Shown one piece after another: positions 58,265 to 64,000 of a stretch of 64,000 nucleotides of DNA (positions are counted from its first letter, which is position 1; every line of letters begins with the position of its first letter). The notes beneath the pieces are model-generated. The model searched no databases and was not told where the DNA came from. It saw only the letters and a program-made list of their open reading frames with translations. Source of the DNA: a virus; IMG/VR virus record IMGVR_UViG_3300021962_000023, positions 32,001 through 96,000 of that record; one strand, written 5' to 3'. A program made the translations under genes and the position numbers.

Positions 58265-60499
58265 TTATCCGTTAAAACTTGCACCAGTTGGTAAGATGTT
58301 GAAATCGATTTGGATGAATTCAGCTGTCTTAGTTGGTTGTAAGTAGATAGCCCCTTTCATAATGTTTCTATCAATTACATCCGGTGTGTTGTTCGTATCA
58401 TCCATCACAACTCTAAATGCGTATAAACCTTGTCTTTGTTGGATTGATTCCAAATAAGGGTTTACAATATTTAAGAATCTATTTCTAGTAGTTGATGTGT
58501 TTTGTTCGAACACTAAATATCTCGAAGTAGAAGCGATGTATTTTCTAACAGTTAATAATAATCTTCTTACATTAATTCTATCCAATGCAGATGGTTTATC
58601 TTGTAATGTTTTTTGTCCGAACACTACGATACCTTGTCCTGGGAACTGAACGATTGGGTTTACCTTTCCTTCATATAATGTATCTTTCTCTGATTGAGTT
58701 AATCTATTCAATACACTAACTGCTCCTGTCAATCCACCTCTATTTAAACCGGCTGGTGCGAACCATTCTGCTGCTACTCTATCGTTAGAAGCGAATACGC
58801 CAGGTAATAATACTGATGGTGGAACTGAAATTAATTTGTTTGTATTTGTATCAATAGTTTTAATCCAAGGATAGTAAGTTGCTGCCATATTTGAATCCAC
58901 TGCATCAGATTGAGTAGTAGCTTGTGCAATTGAATCACCTGCCGCTGTTTGGTCCATAATGTAGAAACAATCATTTCTAGCTTCAACCATATCTAAAACC
59001 GAAGTTGCTACTGAAGAGTGTAATCTTCTAATAACACCTGGAGTTACTACCATATTGATATCATATTCATCAGCGTTTGATAATGCCGCTATATGTTTAG
59101 CGTATGCTACTGAACCACTTGCGGTTGCTGATGATAAATCGAAACCTTGTGAGTTTCCAGCACTCATATCAGAACCTTTGTTAATTGCTGTTGCTGGATT
59201 CATACCATCGAATCCTTCTTGGAATCCTACTAAGAATTGTGCCAAAGAAGAACCTACTGATAATGTACCACCATTAGATGCATCCAATCCAAATACTGAA
59301 TTAGAACCTACACCTGCTCCTACTGGAATTGGTTTTAAGTAGATTGAGTTATCAGTATTACCATCTAAATCAATACCACCATATTGTGTTGCGGATGCAG
59401 TCACAAATGTTACCGATGGAATTAATGCCCCAACACCTGCTGATGCGGAAACTGGCAAAGTATATGCAGCATGTCCAAACGGTACTGCTTGTACCGGTGC
59501 CGATGTATTTAAGTTTGCAATTCTAACATATTTAGAATTATTAACCCAATCACCTGTTTCGGTAATTTTGCCTTCTGAATTGATAGTTAATTTTCTATCA
59601 CCAATTACTCTACTAATAAAGTTAGGAGAATTAGGGTCTAAATTAACATTTGAATATGTTTCTAATACTGTTTTCTTTTTATTTGTATCATTGAAATCTC
59701 TAACAACCACAGTGAATACGCCATAATCAGTTCCATTTACAGAACCGGCTGCTTTAATATTTGTAATACCAATTTTAACTTTAGTATTTGCCGCATTTCC
59801 TGCGCCTAAAGTTTCGAATTGGAATAAGCTATATCTATCACCACTAATTGTTTGTGATTTAATCATTGGTGTTAATGCTTCTTGTGCATCGAATGTAAAG
59901 TCTTGGTTACCTAATATAGATAAAGATGCGGTTGCATTTGAATCAAATGTGATATTAGTATTTTTAAAGAAACCATATGCATATGGATATTTTGCACCCA
60001 ATGCAGATGTTCCAAATACTGCTTCAATATCATTTGTATCTGCTACATCTAATGATGCTGATAAGTTTAGACCTGTGCCTCTTAATACAAAATCACCTTG
60101 TCCACTCAATGAAGCAGTTAATTGTGCATTTGCAAAACCTGCATTTGCCGCAGTTGATGTATTAAAAAGTATACCTAATGATGCTGATACTGAACCAGAA
60201 GTTGCTGTTAATAATAAAGGAGCTGTTTCGGTATATCCACCAACACCAGCTACTCTACAAATTGTAGCACTTCCTGCTTCTCTTAAATACGATTGTACTG
60301 CTAAAGGAGTGTAATAAGTGTCATCAACTGCTCCAAAAAGAGTTTGAAATTCTGCTTGAGAATTTACAATTGTTGGAACTAATGGGCCTTCTTTAAAAGG
60401 ACCAATAAATGCTGCACCGATTTCAGCTACACCTTGTTGTAAAAATGATAGGTCGTTTTCTTTTGTAAAAACACCCGGTGATACTATTTTCTCTGCCAT
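58265..60499 (-). CDS. Contractile tail sheath protein
   Basis: SPGVF..E.D, F.KGP, YYPW, WFAPAGLNRG, L...VNPI, G.KTL, DRINVRRL, FEQN, P.KTAEFI. Confidence 0.97.
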   Translation of the reverse strand: MAEKIVSPGVFTKENDLSFLQQGVAEIGAAFIGPFKEGPLVPTIVNSQAEFQTLFGAVDDTYYTPLAVQSYLREAGSATICRVAGVGGYTETAPLLLTATSGSVSASLGILFNTSTAANAGFANAQLTASLSGQGDFVLRGTGLNLSASLDVADTNDIEAVFGTSALGAKYPYAYGFFKNTNITFDSNATASLSILGNQDFTFDAQEALTPMIKSQTISGDRYSLFQFETLGAGNAANTKVKIGITNIKAAGSVNGTDYGVFTVVVRDFNDTNKKKTVLETYSNVNLDPNSPNFISRVIGDRKLTINSEGKITETGDWVNNSKYVRIANLNTSAPVQAVPFGHAAYTLPVSASAGVGALIPSVTFVTASATQYGGIDLDGNTDNSIYLKPIPVGAGVGSNSVFGLDASNGGTLSVGSSLAQFLVGFQEGFDGMNPATAINKGSDMSAGNSQGFDLSSATASGSVAYAKHIAALSNADEYDINMVVTPGVIRRLHSSVATSVLDMVEARNDCFYIMDQTAAGDSIAQATTQSDAVDSNMAATYYPWIKTIDTNTNKLISVPPSVLLPGVFASNDRVAAEWFAPAGLNRGGLTGAVSVLNRLTQSEKDTLYEGKVNPIVQFPGQGIVVFGQKTLQDKPSALDRINVRRLLLTVRKYIASTSRYLVFEQNTSTTRNRFLNIVNPYLESIQQRQGLYAFRVVMDDTNNTPDVIDRNIMKGAIYLQPTKTAEFIQIDFNILPTGASFNG

Positions 60500-60537
60500 T
60501 GTATATGCTTAATTTTAAAAATTTATAATAATCTTAG

Positions 60538-60546
60538 TATAAATAT
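60538..60546 (-). promoter_or_regulatory. Putative late promoter motif ATATTTATA
   Basis: Exact copy 39 nt upstream of the sheath gene. Confidence 0.55.
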
Positions 60547-60569
60547 AAAAAATATTTTCAAAACAACAC

Positions 60570-62294
60570 TTACGGTCTATATGTTGGTTGGAAATAATCG
60601 TATATTTGTCCTATTTTAGTCGAATCTAATTGTGTATTGTAAAATAATACAGGTCCCAATTGTCCATTGAAGTAATAATTGTTATCACCATATCCACCAC
60701 CGATTTGAATTAGTGCAGATGTGGTGTAATCTTTTGAACCATTTGATACAGTTCCTCTTGATGTTTTATCGGTATATGCAACATTAGTACCATTCAATGC
60801 CGCCGTATACGAAATCATATACCAAGTATTTAATGATAAACTAAATGTGTTACTATTAAATTGTACAGTCGTACCATCATGTATAAAATAAGTACCACTA
60901 CCATTTGAATTTAAATAAACTGCAATTTCTCTCGGTGATGCTCCATTATTATGTTTACCAAAAATTTGATAATATCCACTAGCAGGATGTGATGTAAATC
61001 TAACCCAAGCTACTACTGAATATGCTGATGTATTAAATTGAGTATATCCACCATTAATGTTCGTTGTACCATCTTTGTACCAAAATTTATTAGTAGATAA
61101 TGACCAATATTTATCAATTCTAGTTGCACCATTGTTATATGTAGGATTACCACCACTTATACCGGCTGCATTACTTACAGCCGCAGGTCTAACACCTGTA
61201 CCATATCCACTTAAATCTAACCAGTCCGATGTATCAACTCCGGATGTAGATGCCGCTTTTGATGGGTCTAAATACATTCTTAAACCAGCCGATGGAATGA
61301 AAGGCTGTGCGGTTGTTCCCTTATTGTGCGAAATCAAACCATTTGAAATATACACGTCGGCATTTTCAACATTCACAGTTACAATTTCAACATCTTCAAT
61401 GACAACTTCTATATTTGTTACATCTATTTCAGTTTCATCTTCCATTACCAATTTATCACCAGGTAATATATCTCCTATATTTTTGAATTTGTATTTTTCA
61501 ATCTCATTATCCCAAACATAAAGAGGATGGGTTTCGGTTGCTTTAATCAATCCATTATTAATAGAGTAATATCCTTCCGCAAAATTAAATGTTACATCCT
61601 TTACAGTTACATTTTGTGCAGAACCCGATAAAATGGATGTATGATAGAATCTCCAATCAACTTGGTCGGATTCAGGGTCTTGAGTTTCATCAGGCAATCC
61701 TGCTGGCACCCATGCTTTAATCGTATCACCCACATTCAAATCTTCAACATTTACCGATGTACCATCTTCTAATTGAATTTGTGTACCAAATAGTAAACAA
61801 AAATCAGGTTGGTTAATTGTATTATAAACATCCACTGCGTATAATACTTTTGTAGATGGTGTATTGTAATTTGTTGCCGCAGTGTTATATCCATCAGCAT
61901 ATGCCATAGTTAAAGTAGCAGATGCTTCCGAATAATTTGATGCATTAATTGCTGCCGGAGTAATTGGAAATACGGATGGTCCACTAGATAATGTTTGTGA
62001 ACCTACTGAAAAATTTGCATTATTAAATGAACAAGTAAAATTGTTTGCTACACCTTGCACTTTAGAATAGAACAATGAACCTGTTGTTGAAAATGAAAAT
62101 TGTGCATTTTCCGTAGTACTTTCTACGATGTATGTATATGTTGGTAAACTTATACTAATTGCATCAGCTGCGAATCCAATCATAGAACTATTTGATGCTC
62201 CACCGGATAAACCACCCAATGAAACTGCCCCAGCTCTAACTGAACCACTTACTGCTCTATATAAGTTACCTAATGATAAATTTGTTCTTGCCAT
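60570..62294 (-). CDS. Tail-associated protein: Ser/Thr-rich N-domain, Hint domain, LamG/concanavalin-A-like domain
   Basis: F-CL.GT.I...V.VEDL.VGD, AT.THP, V..V.V...Y..NG..SHN-K; C-terminal W..I..T, IG, FNG..G.V.FYN..L. Confidence 0.85.
   Translation of the reverse strand: MARTNLSLGNLYRAVSGSVRAGAVSLGGLSGGASNSSMIGFAADAISISLPTYTYIVESTTENAQFSFSTTGSLFYSKVQGVANNFTCSFNNANFSVGSQTLSSGPSVFPITPAAINASNYSEASATLTMAYADGYNTAATNYNTPSTKVLYAVDVYNTINQPDFCLLFGTQIQLEDGTSVNVEDLNVGDTIKAWVPAGLPDETQDPESDQVDWRFYHTSILSGSAQNVTVKDVTFNFAEGYYSINNGLIKATETHPLYVWDNEIEKYKFKNIGDILPGDKLVMEDETEIDVTNIEVVIEDVEIVTVNVENADVYISNGLISHNKGTTAQPFIPSAGLRMYLDPSKAASTSGVDTSDWLDLSGYGTGVRPAAVSNAAGISGGNPTYNNGATRIDKYWSLSTNKFWYKDGTTNINGGYTQFNTSAYSVVAWVRFTSHPASGYYQIFGKHNNGASPREIAVYLNSNGSGTYFIHDGTTVQFNSNTFSLSLNTWYMISYTAALNGTNVAYTDKTSRGTVSNGSKDYTTSALIQIGGGYGDNNYYFNGQLGPVLFYNTQLDSTKIGQIYDYFQPTYRP
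61323..61799 (-). other. Hint (intein-like/BIL) domain, residues 166-324
   Basis: Starts with Cys, contains the TxxH block, ends His-Asn; the +1 residue is Lys; no endonuclease insert. Confidence 0.85.
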
Positions 62295-62304
62295 TTGTTA
62301 AGTA

Positions 62305-63303
62305 TTATTCTCCGTTATAAATATCTAAAAGTTTTTCTTTCCACACATCTTTATTTTCGAAGTGGTCTATCATCCAATTTTTAAGTTTTTCGAATTCCTT
62401 TTTACGGGTTTCGTAATCATCCTTACAAATCGTTTGGTAGGTTTTCTTAAATGATTCCGCATCACTAGCTTTGTATTTGTAGTCAAGTGGAACATACCAA
62501 TTCTCATGTAGTATGGGAAGCTTTCCGAAATCAACTGCCTCAAATATTCCGTATCCGAAGGGTTCGTGCTGAAAGCAAGAATGAGAGATTCCCCAATCAA
62601 GTCCATAGAACCTTTCTTTAAATTTGTAATCAAATTTGTAAACTTTGGCTTTTTCGAATTTGAAACCATACTTCTTTTTGTAGTATTTGTTAAATGTTTC
62701 TGAATTAGTTGAAATATATCCACCCAACCCATCCATATATTCTACATTTTTTCTACCTTCAACTCTTGCCGCATATCCAATTTGTGTGGATTTCGAAAGT
62801 TCGTTGTTTTGTATAAATTCGTAGTTATTTGGAATGTGATGTAAGTTTTCCGTTTTATATGGAAAATGATATAATCCTACCCAAACTTTATGTTTAATTT
62901 TATCTATTAATTCAGATTCATATTCCCAATTACCATACCAATGTAGGTATTCATCTTTTTGCATTTGTGCCATCAAAGACACTTTTGTTAAATTATGGAA
63001 AACAATTGAATCAATTTTTTCCAAATTTTGATGAATAGCTCTGGTTGGAGTATAATGACCATGTAGTATGTGTATCCTTCTAGCACCATCTAATATTTTT
63101 ATTATTTCATCTTCCGATGTTTCCCAAATATGTTCAATATCGATTGGAAATTCTTCGTAGTTTTGGGGTTTATGTCTATGGAAAAGAAGAAGTGGCTTCA
63201 CTTCTAAATGAGGTGCCACTTCTTTTATCCAATTAGTTACCCATATATCAGCACCGCTGTTGAACCAAGGGCCTCCAGCGGTGGTGTAGTAAACATCATA
63301 CAT
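62305..63303 (-). CDS. GT-B/GT4-like glycosyltransferase within the tail genes
   Basis: GYAAR...RKN, HEPFGYGIFEAVD.G.LPI. Confidence 0.65.
   Translation of the reverse strand: MYDVYYTTAGGPWFNSGADIWVTNWIKEVAPHLEVKPLLLFHRHKPQNYEEFPIDIEHIWETSEDEIIKILDGARRIHILHGHYTPTRAIHQNLEKIDSIVFHNLTKVSLMAQMQKDEYLHWYGNWEYESELIDKIKHKVWVGLYHFPYKTENLHHIPNNYEFIQNNELSKSTQIGYAARVEGRKNVEYMDGLGGYISTNSETFNKYYKKKYGFKFEKAKVYKFDYKFKERFYGLDWGISHSCFQHEPFGYGIFEAVDFGKLPILHENWYVPLDYKYKASDAESFKKTYQTICKDDYETRKKEFEKLKNWMIDHFENKDVWKEKLLDIYNGE
62316..62324 (-). promoter_or_regulatory. Putative late promoter motif ATATTTATA
   Basis: Exact copy 22 nt upstream of the Hint-LamG gene. Confidence 0.55.
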
Positions 63304-63306
63304 TAA

Positions 63307-64000
63307 TTATAAACCTTTTGATTCTTTTAACTTTTCGATTTCTAATGTTAAAGAATGAATTTGCGTTTGTTGTTCTTTAATACCTTCAATTAATAATGCT
63401 ACTAATTTATCGTATTTAACTGCTTTATATCCTGTTTCTCTAGTTGTTACCAATTGTGGTAATATTGCTTCAATTTCTTGTGCAATTACTCCCACATCAT
63501 TTCCTTCGAATCCGTGATACTCTTTCATATCCTCTTTCCAATCATAAGTGTTACCGCTAATTTTAGAAATTTTTTCTAAAGCGTTTGGAATTGGAGTAAT
63601 ATTTTCTTTAAAGTTTCTATCCGAAGTTGAATATGCAACGATATCACCACTTGCATCAATTCTACCAGCAGTTGCCGATGCTGCCATTCCAACTCCTAAT
63701 GAGTTAAATTGAACATTTGATGAAGTTGCTACCGACTGTCCGATTGCAATTGTTGCGTTTGAACCTTCGGCCGGTGTGTGAGTTATAGTAACCCCAGTTC
63801 CTGCGGTTAAATCACTCATATAGTTACCGGTCGTATCCGTACCCAATGCTACCGAATTTGCAGCTATTGTAGTTGCGAACGAAACATTGGCTAAATTAGT
63901 AATAGTTCCCGTACCAGTCACATCGCCTGTTAAAGTGATTGAGATATCAGTTCCTTCTAAATTACTTAATCTAGTTAATGCAGAAGAACTGAATGCTTCT
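63307..64000 (-). CDS. Tail fibre with C-terminal peptidase S74 intramolecular chaperone; 5' end beyond window
   Basis: Frame is open to the window edge (..LTRLSNLEGTDISITLTGDVTG..); GDIVAYSTSD..KENI, Y.W, GVIAQE...P.LV, V.Y.KLVALLIE.IKE. Confidence 0.9.
   Translation of the reverse strand, partial: EAFSSSALTRLSNLEGTDISITLTGDVTGTGTITNLANVSFATTIAANSVALGTDTTGNYMSDLTAGTGVTITHTPAEGSNATIAIGQSVATSSNVQFNSLGVGMAASATAGRIDASGDIVAYSTSDRNFKENITPIPNALEKISKISGNTYDWKEDMKEYHGFEGNDVGVIAQEIEAILPQLVTTRETGYKAVKYDKLVALLIEGIKEQQTQIHSLTLEIEKLKESKGL

Noticed and set aside
1211-61521. Plus-strand ORFs in the supplied track (e.g. 28343..28852, 55057..55527, 61057..61521)
   Set aside because: All are short, lie antisense to well-supported minus-strand genes, and show no recognisable motifs.
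61323-61799. Canonical splicing intein or homing mobile element
   Set aside because: The +1 residue is Lys rather than Cys/Ser/Thr, there is no endonuclease domain, and it is not inserted in a conserved enzyme motif.
62370-62732. Alternative-frame minus-strand ORFs nested in glycosyltransferases (also 18478..18729)
   Set aside because: They are fully inside supported genes, with no motif or initiation signal.
1-64000. Stop-codon reassignment
   Set aside because: Conserved genes are full length and tightly packed under the standard code, and TAG is used as a true stop (e.g. 2129).

Overview
This window is a 64-kb segment of a large T4-like myovirus genome (about 30% GC by eye). All credible genes lie on the minus strand and use the standard genetic code. 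The host is almost certainly Bacteroidota: eight intergenic copies of the sigma-A -33/-7 promoter (YTTGG-N19-TATATTTG), AT-rich leaders without Shine-Dalgarno sites, a Bacteroidota-type TonB-dependent receptor, an Hc1-like protein and a short NrdA. In transcription order (right to left) the window holds: (1) a tail module with an S74-chaperone tail fibre, a tail-linked glycosyltransferase, a Hint-LamG protein, sheath, tube, a two-gene island with its own promoters, a chaperone with a probable programmed frameshift, tape measure and baseplate; (2) a PhyH dioxygenase, a degenerate PolA and putative head-internal proteins; (3) a replication and nucleotide module (SSB, RecA, 5'-3' exonuclease, GroES, helicase, NrdAB, thioredoxin, PolB, clamp, clamp loaders) containing a candidate DNA-hypermodification cassette (two Mom-like GNATs, a DUF4338/DruA-like protein and a GT-B glycosyltransferase directly upstream of PolB); (4) a roughly 11-kb glycan-synthesis cluster; (5) late genes including an Ntn-hydrolase that may be a protease-activated zymogen, then HddA, Hc1 and an Oar-like TonB-dependent receptor that runs off the left edge. 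I found no tRNA, rRNA or CRISPR array. I found no GATC anywhere in a by-eye scan, against roughly 175 expected. All family assignments come from motif recognition by eye; no database searches were run.
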